A DNA stretch of 64,000 bases. Origin: Octopus sinensis (lineage: Eukaryota). The DNA lies in NCBI RefSeq assembly GCF_006345805.1, contig NC_043002.1, forward strand, positions 88,722,001 through 88,786,000. The letters are read 5' to 3'. Shown here in pieces: positions 11,987-24,389 of this stretch (positions within the stretch are counted from its first letter, which is position 1; the number at the start of each line of letters is the position of its first letter). A program made the translations under genes and the position numbers. The notes beneath the pieces are model-generated. The model was not told the origin of the DNA, did not search any database, and worked only from the letters and a program-made list of their open reading frames with translations.

Positions 11987-12924
11987 TGGGGGGAAGTAAA
12001 AAATTATCGTCATAACTTATATTTATTATTGTCACACTGCCTTTTGTGCATGTGTGCTTATAGTTGGTTCTATTGTGGTCACATGATTGAAGTTTGAACC
12101 TGATCATGCCATTTTTCTTTCTGGCTTCACAGTGTAAGCATGGCAGCTGTACTAGTATTGTGCACCAGAGAAGAACAAAGAGCAGTGATCCGATTTCTCT
12201 GGTTGGAAGGTATGTCATCATCATCATTTAGTGTCCGCTTTCCATGCTAGCATGGGTTGGACGGTTCAACTGGGGTCTGGGAGGCCAGAAGGCTGCACCA
12301 GGTCCAGTCTGATCTGGCAATGTTTCTATGGCTGGATGCCCTTCCTAACGCCAACCACTCCATGAGTGTAGTGGGGGCTTTTTACATGCCACCGGCACAG
12401 GTGCCAGACGGGGCTGGCAAACGGCCACAGTCAGATGGTGCTTTTTACGTGCCACCGGCACGGGGGGCAGGCAAGGCTTGCAACAGCCACGATCGGATGG
12501 TGCAGGTACTGAAATTCATTAGAGGCTTTTAGCACAATACGGGGACAGTGCACTATTGTGTAGAAGTGTGTATGGATGGATTGAGAAGTTTAAAAGTGGC
12601 CAGACAAGCATGATGCACGAAGAGGGAGCAGGATGCCCATCAACCTCCACCACTGACAAGAAGATTCAGCAAGCTTGAGAGATGGTATTGGTGAACCATT
12701 ATCATCTCTCAGATCACCACTTTTTGTTCTTTCTTGGTGCACATTGTTAGTAGAGCAGCCATGATTACACTGTAAAGCCAGAGAGAAAAATGGTGCAATC
12801 AAGCTCAAACTTCGATCATGTGACCACAATAGTACCACCTATAAGCATGCGTGTGCAGAAGGCAGTGCAACAATAATAAAGATATGTTATGATGAAAGTA
12901 CAAATAATTTTTGACTTCCCCTAG
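11987..12924 (+). mobile_element. Mariner derivative with two inverted left ends, interrupted by a family D repeat
   Basis: TA-flanked TIRs GGGGAAGT(C/A)AAAAATTAT at both ends. Transposase start MAAVLVLCTREEQRAVIRFLW and QYGDSALLCRSVYGWIEKFKSG on +. Region 12705-12924 is an inverted copy of the 5' end. Confidence 0.75.
12205..12505 (-). mobile_element. Family D repeat (RTE 3'-end-derived SINE or LINE tail, (GAT)n tail)
   Basis: Matches 13143-13915. At 41045 the same sequence directly follows RTE coding sequence. Confidence 0.75.
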
Positions 12925-13010
12925 TATATATATATATAGATAGATAGATAGATAGATACATACACACATACATACATGCATGCATACATACATACATACA
13001 TATATATATG

Positions 13011-13044
<34 letters not shown>

Positions 13045-13049
<5 letters not shown>

Positions 13050-13553
13050 ATCAGAATCGAAATCGATCAATGGAAATCGATCAATGGAAATTGCAGATGT
13101 GTTACCAGTGTCGAAACTCTGCTTGTGAAGACCCATTGAGGCAAGTGAGGATCAGAATCGAAATCGATCAATGGAAATCGATCAATGGAAATTGCAGATG
13201 TGTTACCAGTGCCAGTGGCATGTAAGAGAACTTTCCTTTTCGCGACCGTTGCCAGCACCGCCCCGTTTCGTGTCCGTTGCCAGCCTCGCCTGGCCCTCGT
13301 GCAGGTGGCACATAAAAAGCACCATCCGTTCGTGGCCGTTTGCCAGCTCTGTCTGGCACCAGTGCGGGTGGCACGTAAAAAGCACCCACTACACTCACGG
13401 AGTGGTTGGCGTTAGGAAGGGCATCCAGCCGTAGAAACACTGCCAGATTTGACTGGGCCTGATGAAGCCTTCTGGCTTCACAGACCCCAGTAGAACCGTC
13501 CAACCCATGCTAGCATGGAAAACGGACGCTAAATGATGATGATGATGATGATG

Positions 13554-13584
<31 letters not shown>

Positions 13585-13915
13585 GTTGTGATACCTGTGC
13601 CGGTAGCACATAAAAAGCACCATCCAAACATGGCCGATGCAGCGCCGCCTTGACTGGCTTCCGTGCCGGTGGCATGTTAAAAGTACCAACTGATCGAGGA
13701 TTGCTGCCAGACTCCCCTGGCACCTGTGCCGGTGGCACGTAAAAAGCACCCACTACACTCGCGGAGTGGTTGGCGTTAGGAAGGGCATCCAGCTGTAGAA
13801 ACACTGCCAGATCAGACTGGAGCCTGGTGCAGCCTCCTGGCTTCCCAGACTCCAGTCGAACCGTCCAACCCATGCTAGCACAGAAAACGGACGTTAAACG
13901 ATGATGATGATGATG
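13045..13915 (+). mobile_element. Two tandem family D / RTE 3'-end copies, with a ~103-bp internal duplication at 13045-13210
   Basis: Each copy ends CCAACCCATGCTAGCA..GAAAACGGACG(C/T)TAAA(T/C)GATGATGATG. Confidence 0.8.
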
Positions 13916-14040
13916 ATTATAGTAGAATAAGAAATAGAAAATCCGTGGTACAGTATTGTATATTTGAAAAAATGAATAGAAATAGCTTTTCTGATGATTT
14001 TTTCCACTTTAATACAAATCAGTTTTTCAAATATATATAT

Positions 14041-14259
14041 ATACCGGAGTAAACACATAAATGTGAAACAAGGTGGAAAAAAGAGTACTCAAATACCAGT
14101 GGTAGAGTAATATGCTTTATTTAAAAGCAGCAGAAAATTCAACAAAACCTGTTACTCTGAGTTTCATGTTCCCGTTCTAGCAAAAAACTGTCCGACGAAC
14201 ATGAACATGAAACTCAGAGTAACAGGTTTTGTTGAATTTTCTGCTGCTTTTAAATAAAG
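14041..14259. mobile_element. PLE-type terminal repeat fragment with a perfect 57-bp inverted duplication
   Basis: Arms 14115-14171 and 14203-14259 are exact reverse complements. Related copy at 16094-16220. (TA)n flanks. Confidence 0.75.
14188..14225 (+). ncRNA. Variant minimal type I hammerhead motif (CCGACGA core)
   Basis: ctgt-CCGACGA-acatgaacat-GAAAC-tcaga-GTA-acag. Stem I CTGT/ACAG pairs; U4 is replaced by C. Confidence 0.4.
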
Positions 14260-14291
<32 letters not shown>

Positions 14292-14323
14292 AATATAATA
14301 TGTGACAATTATTCAGTAGCCAT

Positions 14324-14384
14324 GATAAATCTCCGAGTTTCGGATGTTGGGGCAGAAACCCACGCCAATATCTCTTCAGTTATC
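14324..14384 (-). ncRNA. Hammerhead motif in inverted pLTR arm, cleavage triplet mutated
   Basis: On the minus strand: gataa-CTGAAGA-...-GAAAC-tcgga-GAT-ttatc. The triplet GAU is not NUH. Confidence 0.5.
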
Positions 14385-14642
14385 GGGCCATCAAAAAAAT
14401 GCTATGAAAATAGCTGTAAAAACAAAGTGAAATTACTGTGTGATTGACTGTTATTAAGACAAAAATGCTATTAGAATGACCGCTACATAATGGGTGGGAG
14501 TAAGGGTAAGGGAGTAAAAATGTTCATAGTAAACGCGTAAGCATGCAGAAAGCACTTCAATAGACATAATTTAAAAATCAGTTTCAGCTCAACTACTAAT
14601 TTTGAAAATATAATCGCACACAACACACAAAAACCAGAATGT

Positions 14643-15115
14643 GAAACCAGCTGTTCATGCAGGGATAAAAATCTGTGCCCGCTAAATGGAGCTTGCATGT
14701 CCAAGACCATCATTTATGAAGCCACTGTGGGCTCTATATCCACTAAGGACATGGTTTTGACAAAGAAATACATGGGACAAAGAAATACATGGGTAATTTC
14801 AAGGCCAGGTTCAATAATCACACCTTGAGCTTCAGATACTAGGATTATAGGAAAACAACCAAATTATCCAGTCATATATGATCCTTAAAAGATAAAGGTG
14901 TCAGTTACAACATCCATTGGAAGATCTTAGCCAAGTGTAAGCCCTACACCAACGGCAGTGGAAAGGGTGGTCTTTGTGATATGGAAAGATGGCTCATCTG
15001 GAAAAGCAGCTTAGACCCCGCCACATGTCTAAATTCAAGAAGTGAACTTTTCGGATCATGTCCATACGTTGGTAAATATTTGGTGTGTTTTTGGTTCCCT
15101 CGAGATTACAGATAG
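14643..15115 (+). pseudogene. PLE GIY-YIG endonuclease domain remnant
   Basis: CSCRDKNLCPLNGACMSKTIIYEATV...KYMG / FKARFNNHTLSF...TKLSSHI*SLK...IHWKI...LNSRSELFGSCPY. One ~17-bp tandem duplication frameshift and two stops. Confidence 0.8.
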
Positions 15116-15861
15116 GACTTGCTTTCTATATTGTGTCCACATACAAGCTTTTTATCTCTCTATCGTTTTTTCTTATATTTCTTATATATTTTTTATATAT
15201 TTTTTACATATTTATAACGATAATTGTTTTATAGTTTTATTGCTCATATATTTTTTACACATAATTTTTCTGTATTCTACCTTCCACCCTGCATTTTTCC
15301 TGTGTGTATATAGACATGTATATGGAATTTTTTGTGCACGCATGTGGATGTGTGCGTGTGTGCGGGTATGTGCATATATAGACGCATGTGTGTGTGCGGA
15401 TACTAGTATGTGCATATATTGACGTGTTTTACTCTTATTGCTTATTTTTGCACTTTTTTATACATTTTCTGTATTTTGCCTTTAGCCCTGTTTTTTCTTG
15501 TGCATGTGCATATATAGACATGTGTATGAACCTTTTTGTATGCATGTGTGTGTGTGTGCATGCGTGTATGCAGGTATGTATATATTTTTGGGGGAATATG
15601 TGGGTAGGCAATGTGTGTGTTCCAAGTGAGGATAGATGAGTATATACATATAGGCACATGTGCGTGGGTGTATCGGCGCACATGTGTATGTATGGACATG
15701 TGCGCTTACGTGATTACTGTGAACATTTTTACTCCCTTACCCTCATTCCCTCCCCTTACTTAGCGGTCATTCTAATAGCTCTTTTGTCTTAATAACGGTC
15801 AATCATACAGTAATTTCCCTTTGCTTTAACGGTCATTTTCATAGCATTTTTACGATGGCTG

Positions 15862-15922
15862 GATAACTGAAGAGATGCCGGCATGAATTTCTGCGCCGAC
15901 ATCCGAAACTCAGAGTTTTATC
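15862..15922 (+). ncRNA. Type I hammerhead ribozyme in PLE pLTR
   Basis: gataa-CTGAAGA-gatgccggc...gccgacatcc-GAAAC-tcaga-GTT-ttatc. Stem I 5 bp, stem II GATG/CATC plus CGGC/GCCG, one extra C before GAAA. Confidence 0.7.
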
Positions 15923-16039
15923 ATGGCTACCGAATAATTGTCACATTATATTTACAGATGAATTCCCCTATTTACATAATATCGAGGTCTCTTTCATTCT
16001 TTTGTTGTCTTGCCATTTCTATCAATATATCTATATCTA

Positions 16040-16070
<31 letters not shown>

Positions 16071-16093
16071 ATATATATATATATATATATATA

Positions 16094-16216
16094 CTTTATT
16101 TAAAAGCAGCAGGTTTTATTGAATTTCTGCTGCTTTTAAATAAAGCATATTACTCTACCCCTGGTATTTGAGTACTCTTTTTTCCACCTTGTTTCACATT
16201 TATGTGTTTACTCTGG

Positions 16217-16220
<4 letters not shown>
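16094..16220. mobile_element. Second copy of the 14041 family, opposite orientation, with a 19-bp hairpin
   Basis: Arms 16094-16112 and 16127-16145. The remainder is the reverse complement of 14041-14135. Confidence 0.75.
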
Positions 16221-16296
<76 letters not shown>

Positions 16297-16501
16297 TGCA
16301 TACACTCATACATGAACACATATACACATACATATGCATATACACACACAGAGAAGAGGAAGAGGAAGAAAGGGAAAAGGAGAAAAGGAAGAAGAGAGAA
16401 AACAAAGGTCAATTGGTTCTGGTAATATATTGCATTAGAGAAATTTCAAAGAATTTGATATATTAACATATTGACTGATATCTTGTAACAGTTTTAATCA
16501 G

Positions 16502-16535
<34 letters not shown>

Positions 16536-16839
16536 ACACACACACAGACTTTAAAATGACAACAGCTTCCATTTTGCTGTCTAACATAAAACATTTCTCT
16601 GACTGAAATCCTATAAAGAGATACTTCAAGGTATGTACTCCACTGAGTACATGGCACTCTTAATCAAATCTTTTAAAAGAAATCTTTAAATGCCAAACAT
16701 CCTGAAAAGAACCCCTCAAGGTCAGTACTACTCTCAAGAAATGGTAAAATGATAAAAGTCCTTAAAAGGTATTCAAGGTCAGTATTCCACTCAGGAAATG
16801 CTACTCTATAAGGTAAAACTCTCAACATTCTATTACTCT

Positions 16840-16940
16840 TTCATTTACTCTTTTACTTGTTTGAGTCATTTGACTGCGACCAGGCTGGAGCACCACCTTG
16901 ATGGGAGGGACAAACACAAATACACACACACATAGATATA

Positions 16941-16972
<32 letters not shown>

Positions 16973-17019
16973 ACATATATATATATACATATATACATAT
17001 ATATATATATACATATATA

Positions 17020-17099
<80 letters not shown>

Positions 17100-17280
17100 T
17101 ATACATATATATATATGACAGGTTTCTTTCAGTTTCCATCTACCAAATCCACTCGCAATGCTTTAGTTAGCCTGAGGCTATAGCAGAAGACACTTGCCCA
17201 AGGTGCCATGCAGTGGGACTGAACCTGGAAACATGTAGTTGGGAAATAAGTGTCTTACCACAGAGCCATGCCTGCACCTG
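16840..17280 (-). mobile_element. SINE family B with internal deletion and expanded (TA)n
   Basis: Tail at 16840-16910, head at 17120-17280, (TA)n between them. Confidence 0.75.
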
Positions 17281-17945
17281 TGAAAGCAAAGAAACAGGAA
17301 GTTTTTACATGATTGCTTGACTTGCTAGATAAAGCAGTCAATTCTTCCCCAAACCACCTCTTATCATCTTAAAAAAAATAAAAAGCAAGGGCATTTTGCT
17401 TTATGTAGATGCAAATAAATAAGATGTGATGGGCACTGCTGAAATGTCTTTGACAAATAACGCCTTCTCAATGGATGATCAGAGTAGCAGCAACAATAGT
17501 GGCAATGGCAGTAACAGCAACAACAACAACAACAACTAGAGTAGCAACAGCCTCCACCACCTCCACCACCACCACTTGCAATCGCAACAACAGCAGCAGC
17601 AGCAAGAAGCACTGTCAAACATGTGTAGATAATGTGGTTGACACTTGACTCAATATCCAAGCTGCATATCACATGCTCATAAACTCACAGACTGATATAT
17701 ATCATATATCTCATCCTCCTTTCTCTCTATATTTCTCCCTCTCCTGCTCTCTCTCTCTCTTTTTCTTTTTCTTTCTCTCTTTCTGTCTATCTATCTTCCA
17801 TGCATTTCTTTGTGTGTATCTCTGAACAAATTGTTATTTGCAAAATCATCTGTTCATGATAATCCCATTAGGCAAACAAGTCAACAAGTCATTTGAACAT
17901 TATACATGTATCTGTATGCATGTGTTATTATCTATATACACATAT

Positions 17946-18277
17946 AGGCGTAGGAGTGGCTGTGTGGTAAGTAGCTTACTTACCAGCCACATGGTTCCGG
18001 GTTCAGTCCCACTGTGTGGTACCTTGGAAAAGTGTCTTCTACTACAGCCTCGTCATATGTGTGTGTGTGTGTGTGTTTGTGTGTCTGTGTTTGTCCCCGC
18101 AACATCGCTTGACAACCGATGTTGGTGTGTTTACATCCCCATAACTTACCGGTTTGGCAAAAGAGACCGATAGAATAAGTACTAGGCTTACAAAGAATAA
18201 GTCCTAGGGTCGATTTGCCCGACTAAAGGCGGTGCTCCAGCATGGCCGCAGTCAAATGACTGAAACAAGTAAAAGAG
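17946..18277 (+). mobile_element. SINE family B, internally deleted
   Basis: Head GGCGTAGGAGTGGCTGTGTGG and tail GAAACAAGTAAAAGAG. Confidence 0.85.
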
Positions 18278-18379
18278 TATATGTATGTATATATACATGG
18301 GATGAGGTGGTGAAGCAGTATATGTATGTATGTATATATACATGGGATGAGGGATGAAGCAAAGCTAGTGAATGAGACC

Positions 18380-19090
18380 TTTGGCAATATGCAGTGCTTG
18401 AGAAGATTTGTCAAGCCAAGTGAAATCATAGTCGTGGCTGATGTCAGAGCCACGTAACTGGCATCCATGCCAGTGGCACATAAAAAGCACCTTTCTAGCA
18501 TTGGGCCTCATGGAGGCAATGTGGCCGATGCCAGTAGCATATAAAAGCACCTCTCAAACGTTGGGCCTCACAGAGGCAATGACAAATGACCAAGTCCTTT
18601 GGCAATATGCCATGCTTGAGTAGACCCATCAAGCTGAGTGAAATCATAGTCGCAGAAGATAGGTGTCAGGTAAAAACACTCATTACACTCTTAAAGTGGT
18701 TGGTGCTAGGAAGGGTACCCAACCATAGAAATCATGCCAAATAAGGTGGCAAACTGGCAGAAATGCTAGCACACCGGGCAAAATGCTTAGCGGTATTTCA
18801 TCTGCCATTACGTTCTGAGTTCAAATTCTGCTGAGGTCGACTTAACCTTTCATCCTTTTCGTGGTCAATAAATTAAGTACAAGTTATGCACTGGAGTCGA
18901 TGTAATCGACTTAATCCCTTTGTCTGTCCTTGTTTGTCCTCTCTATGTTTAGCCCCTTGTGGGCAATAAAGAAATAAGAAATCATGCCGAATCAGACTGG
19001 AATCTGTGCAGCCCCTCCGCTTACCAGCCCTGGTCAAACTGTCCAACTCATACCAGCATAGACAACAGATACTAAATGATGATGATGCTA
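18380..19090 (+). mobile_element. Family D repeat interrupted by SINE A (18745-18975)
   Basis: D sequence stops at AAATCATGCCAAATA (~18730) and resumes AAATCATGCCGAATC (~18980). Confidence 0.7.
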
Positions 19091-19470
19091 ATGATATATA
19101 TAAATATATATATATATATATCAATATAAAGAAGTATTATTTCTGTTATTAGTAGCATTAATAAAGTAATAATAAGGTGGCTAGCAAGTTCACCCTATTA
19201 CAGGCACAATATAAGGTAAATTAAGATTCAGTATGGTATATAATACCACTTGCTAAAATCAGAGCCAATGCTCTAAAAACCACCATAAACTCACGATATA
19301 GATACACATGAGCAATACAATGTACATATGAGAAATAGGCTTACCCTTGTGTTGTAAGTAATGTATATTTCAAGTGGTATTATATACCCTACTGAATCTA
19401 AATTTACTTCATATTGTGCATGTAATAGTGTGAACTTGCTGGCTGCCTTATTATTAGTGTTAAAATGTTA

Positions 19471-19535
19471 TTTTCAACAGAAAATCACGGGGTATGTTTG
19501 TCATGCAAAGTGTGAAATCAATTGATATTGAAATA
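19471..19535 (+). ncRNA. Decayed hammerhead-like motif inside a nested inverted-repeat structure
   Basis: tttcaa-CAGAAAA-tcac...gtgt-GAAAT-caattg-ATA-ttgaaa. Stem III palindrome ATCAATTGAT; two substitutions in the core. Confidence 0.35.
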
Positions 19536-19712
19536 TACATTACTTACTGATGTATTCAACGCAAAGATAAACCTATTTCTCGTGTGTTTATTGCATTGCT
19601 CATGTGTATCTTTATTGTGAGTTTTCGGTGGTTTTTGGAGCGTTGGCTCTGATTTTAACAAGTGGTGTTATATACCCTACTGAATCTAAATTTACCTTAT
19701 GTACATATATAC

Positions 19713-19756
<44 letters not shown>

Positions 19757-20431
19757 TGCAAATGGTTTTTTATTACGGTGCCGTGATTTACAATCTTGTA
19801 AATAATAATAGTGGTATTTTTATATAAGCATAAAGATTAAGGCAATCACCATTCAATGACTAAAGAAAATAGTCTAATAAAGGTGTGTATAAACCCTCGA
19901 CAGGAAAAGAAAGCTTTCCTATCAGTAGGAAAGCCTTCTTTTTTCTGTGGAGGGATTATATGCCCCTTTGTTAAACTATTTTCCTTAATCATTGCATGGT
20001 GATCGCCATAAGCTTTAAGCTTATATAAAAATACCATTATTATTATTTACAGAATATATTTGCAACTCAGCTATCCCAGCTAATAAGTTTTCCATATTTT
20101 ACAATTTTCATAAGTTTGCACAACAAAGATTTTTGTTTTTATTTTGTCAATATATTTAATTCTCCATGTGAATTAGTTTTAAACTCTCCGTGTGAATGTT
20201 TTCCCTTTCTCCATGTAAATTTGTTTTTCTTCATCGCCACTGTAGTAAAGTGGTTTATTGCCACTGCTGTATATGTCTTTTGATGATGGTTGTGCTCTGA
20301 CAGACAGTGTTATATTCCAAAGTCATCAATAAAATGGTTCTATCTGGTACTGTACGATCTCCAGTCATACAATGTTATTATCCTCAAAAGGTTGGGTCGA
20401 TATAACGCCCACTCAGTATCACAGTATAATT

Positions 20432-20688
20432 GTGGAGGCGCATGGCTTAGTGGTTAGGGTGTCAGTATCATGATCGTAAGATTGTGGTTTTGATTCCTGG
20501 AGCGGGCGACGCCTTGTGTTCTTGAGCAAAACACTTCATTTCACGTTGCTCCAGTCCACTCAGCTGGCAAAAATGGGTAATATTGCGATGGACTGGCATC
20601 CCATCCAGGTGGGGCACATATACGCCATAGAAACCAGGAAACCGGGCCCATGAGCCTGGCTAGGCTTTAAAAAAGGGCGCATTTATTT
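20432..20688 (+). mobile_element. SINE family E
   Basis: tRNA-like head GTGGAGGCGCATGGCTTAGTGGTTAG plus a CORE-like block. Confidence 0.7.
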
Positions 20689-20693
20689 GTTTG

Positions 20694-21001
20694 GTGGAAG
20701 CACATGGCCTAGTGGTTAGAGCAGCGGACTCGCAGTCGAGGGATCATGGGTACAAATCTCAGACCGGACGATGTGTGTGTTTATGAGCGAAACACCTAAG
20801 CTCCACACGGCTCCAGCAGAAGGTAATGGTAAAACTTCTGCTAACACTTTCGCCACAACTTTCTCTCACTCTTTCCTCCTGCATCTTGCAGCTCACCTGC
20901 GACGGACTGGCGTCCCGTCCTGGTGGGGAACCTATATGCCAAGAAACTGGGAAACTGGCCCATATGAGCCAGGCATGGCTCGAGAAGGAACAAACAACAA
21001 C
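20694..21001 (+). mobile_element. SINE family C
   Basis: Matches 10135-10438 and 37069-37388. Confidence 0.9.
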
Positions 21002-21304
21002 AGTATAATTACTATATCAGCACGAACACGACTATCAACACAGTCTACACGTACACTCGACCTTCTTCCTGTTGATGGCTACCGGTCTATTTATAATAGC
21101 TTTTTACTTGGAAGGATGTACAGGTTCACTATACAACAATCTCTTCACCCAATCAGGAACCACTTTCAGATCATCATTGTTTGGCAACTAAAACACCAGT
21201 TTTGTTTTAGTTGCAAGGTCAAGTTGGAGTTTTAGTAGTGAACCAACCTGAGTACTTATTGTATATGCCTATTGCATTACATCATTACATGCAGTTTTAT
21301 CTGT

Positions 21305-21349
<45 letters not shown>

Positions 21350-21480
21350 TGTGTGTGTGGTGTGAGTGTATCCATGTGTCTTTGCATCGACACTATCTGG
21401 TTGAGGATCATATTTTTGAAAAATTTGTCCTGCAGTTGTTAATGAAATGTATGAAGACCAGAAGAACATATATATATACA

Positions 21481-21564
<84 letters not shown>

Positions 21565-21628
21565 ATATACATACATACATGCATACATACATATATACAT
21601 ACATTCATATACGCACACATACACATGT

Positions 21629-22007
21629 ACTCTCTCTTTTACTTTTTTACTTGTTCCAGTCATTTGATTGTGGCCATGCTGGAGCACCGCATTTAGTCGA
21701 GTACATCGACCTCAGGACTTATTCTTTGTAAGCCAAGTACTTATTCTATTGGTCTCTTTTGCTAAACTGCTAAGTTACGGGGAGGTAAACACACCAGCAT
21801 CGGTTGTCAAGCGATGTTGGGGGGACAAACATGGACACACAAACATATACACATACATACATATACATATATACGACTGGCTTTCCGTCTACCAAATCCA
21901 CTCACAAGGCTTTGGTTGGCCCGAGGCTATAGTAGAAGACACTTGTCCAAGGTGCCACTTATGTAGTTTGTAAGCAGGCTACTTACCACACAGCCACACC
22001 TACGCCT
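21629..22007 (-). mobile_element. SINE family B
   Basis: Head and tail both present. Confidence 0.85.
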
Positions 22008-22059
22008 AAAGAATAATAATGTATATATATATTATATCAGAATCAGTTTTTTCTGTTCG

Positions 22060-22470
22060 CTTGAGTACATTGGGTAGCAAGTTGATACCATCAGTTTCTA
22101 TTCGCTGCAGTTTTCCCTTCATCCATCCATGGGATATTGACCTCTTTTTGTCAGTTATGAATATTCTGCGCCGTGTACTTTTCAGTCTTCCTCTCTAACT
22201 TTTTCTCTCTGGTGGTGTCTATTTAAAGCTGTTTTAGAATAAATTTGTTTTGATAGCTGGGGTATATGATCTGCTAGCTGTAATCTTCACCTTCTGACAA
22301 TTTCACCAAGTGGTCCTGTGTTGTCTCTTTTTTAAATGTTTTCATTGGGTGTGGACATTCTTGAAAATCCTTCTCAAGAATCATTAATGGAATACATCTA
22401 GCATTCTGTTGATTTTCACTATATTCCTCCATGTCTCACTGACACAGAATCATGAGTGCAACACTCTAGC
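22060..22470 (-). pseudogene. Decayed RTE-like LINE C-terminal fragment
   Basis: Minus-strand translation ..VSETW....NRMLDVFH**FLRRIF... matches the RTE motif YGSETW...LDVFHQRCLRRIL. Confidence 0.55.
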
Positions 22471-22552
22471 CACTGAGTTCTGTGCCTTCACACACATATA
22501 CACACACTCACACACACAAACACACACATGTATCGTCATTATCCTCATCATC

Positions 22553-22830
22553 ATCATTGTTTAATGTCTGCAACATGGGTAGAATGGTTGACAGGAGCCA
22601 GCCAGGTAGAAGACAATCCCAGGCCACTGTGTCTGTTTTGCCAGGGTTTTTATGGCTGGATGCCCTTCCTAACACCAACTGCCCTGCAGAGTGGACTTTG
22701 TGCTTTTTACATGGCACTAGCACAAGCAAGGTTAGTTTTGGCATGATTTTTACAGTTGGATGCCCTTCCAAATGCCAACCACTTTACAGTGTGGACTGGA
22801 TGCTTTTTACTTGGCACTAGCACTGGCGGA
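22553..22830 (-). mobile_element. Family D repeat, decayed
   Basis: Contains TATGGCTGGATGCCCTTCCTAAC and a (CAT)n tail. Confidence 0.65.
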
Positions 22831-22960
22831 GTCACCAAGCAAATCATAAGACAAGGAATTTTGAGAGGGGCAGGGTCATTTGAGAAGAGAACTTGTGTCA
22901 GAGGATTAAAGGTCAGAGGGTGACCAAGAGACAGAGAGGCAGAAACAGTTGTCTTGCTAT

Positions 22961-23560
22961 AGGCGAGCTGGCAGAAACATTAGCACACCAGGCGAAATGC
23001 TTAGCGGTATTTCGTCTGCCATTACGTTCTGAGTTCAAATTCTGCCAAGGTCGACTTTGCCTTTCATCCTTTCGGGGTCAATAAACTAAGTACCAGTAAC
23101 GCACTGGGGTCAATGTAATCGACTTAATACCTATGTCTTTCCTTGTTTGTCCTCTCTATGTTTAGCCCCTTGTGGGTAATAAAAAAATAGGTATTTTGTC
23201 TGCTATTACATTCTGAGTTCAAATTCTGCTACGGTCGACTTTGCCTTTCATCCTTTCGGGGTCAATAAACTAAGTACCAGTTACGCACTGAGGTCGATGT
23301 AATCGACTTAATCCGTTTGTCTGTCCTTGTTTGTTCCCTCTATGTTTAGCCCCTTGTGGGTAATAAAGAAATAGGTATTTCGTCTGCCGTTACGTTCTGA
23401 GTTCAAATTCTGCCGAGGTCGACTTTACCTTTCATCCTTTCAGGGTCAATAAACTAAGTACCAGTAACGCACTGGGGTTGATGTAATCGACTTAATCCCT
23501 TTGTCTGTCCTTGTTTGTCCCCTCTATGTTTAGCCCTTTGTGGGCAATAAACAAATAAGA
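22961..23560 (+). mobile_element. SINE family A tandem trimer (one head, three bodies, ~185-bp period)
   Basis: GTATTTyGTCTGC..TTAC.TTCTGAGTTCAAATTCTGC starts at ~23007, ~23191 and ~23376. Confidence 0.85.
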
Positions 23561-24389
23561 AACAGGTACATGGTTATCAATGTATGAATTAGGCACATAT
23601 AACACATAAGCCAAGGGAGTATAGTTTTAGTTTTTCTGAACAAGATATTTGATCACTGAAAGTTTCCAGTGTCTGCGTTATGAGTTAGTGTCAACATGAA
23701 TTTCACAAACAGGAATTTGTTCATAATTGGAATGAGAACTGGAAGAATGATAGTTATTTTAGGTGCTGTTAGTTGATACAATCGCTTGTACAAATACCTG
23801 ATAGATTTGTAGTTGATTTATAGATTGCTGAAATTGTTAATAACAATCCTGGTGTCATGAATGGGTCGCATTATAATGTGGTTTTAATAGAAAAATGTCA
23901 CTGAAAAAAAAAGACAGTCTCTAAGGCTAACCAAGAAAGGTTATCATAATCAATGTATAGTTGCTATTGTATGATTTATGAAGGCTGCTTTGAAACATGG
24001 TAAAGCAGTGTTTTTAAGGACATACACCCAATATGAAATAAACTTACAATATCTTTAGAAACAAGCTTCTATTCATTTCTTTTAAATTATTTAGCAAAGA
24101 ATTCAATGTGAACTTGTATACTGAAATGGATATTACCACGTTCTGGTCATTTCAGCAAACAGAATGGAGTAGAATATCAATGAACTGGGTGTATGTGTAT
24201 GTGCGTGTATGTATGTATGTATGTATGTATGTATGTATGTATGTATTAATCTATCTATTTATAAATATCTGTATTATTATAATTATTATAATTATTAATA
24301 TTATTATCATTATTATTATTTAGAAGAAACATTCAAAAAGTGTTGTGAAATTCAGCTACCCAGGTTTTCCAGGCTGCAATATTAAATTT

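Larger units (their letters stand above)
14286..16030 (+). mobile_element. Penelope-like element (Neptune-type) 3' portion with inverted pLTR copy
   Basis: ~14286-14540 is an inverted, diverged copy of ~15700-15955, and these flank a GIY-YIG endonuclease fragment. Confidence 0.8.
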
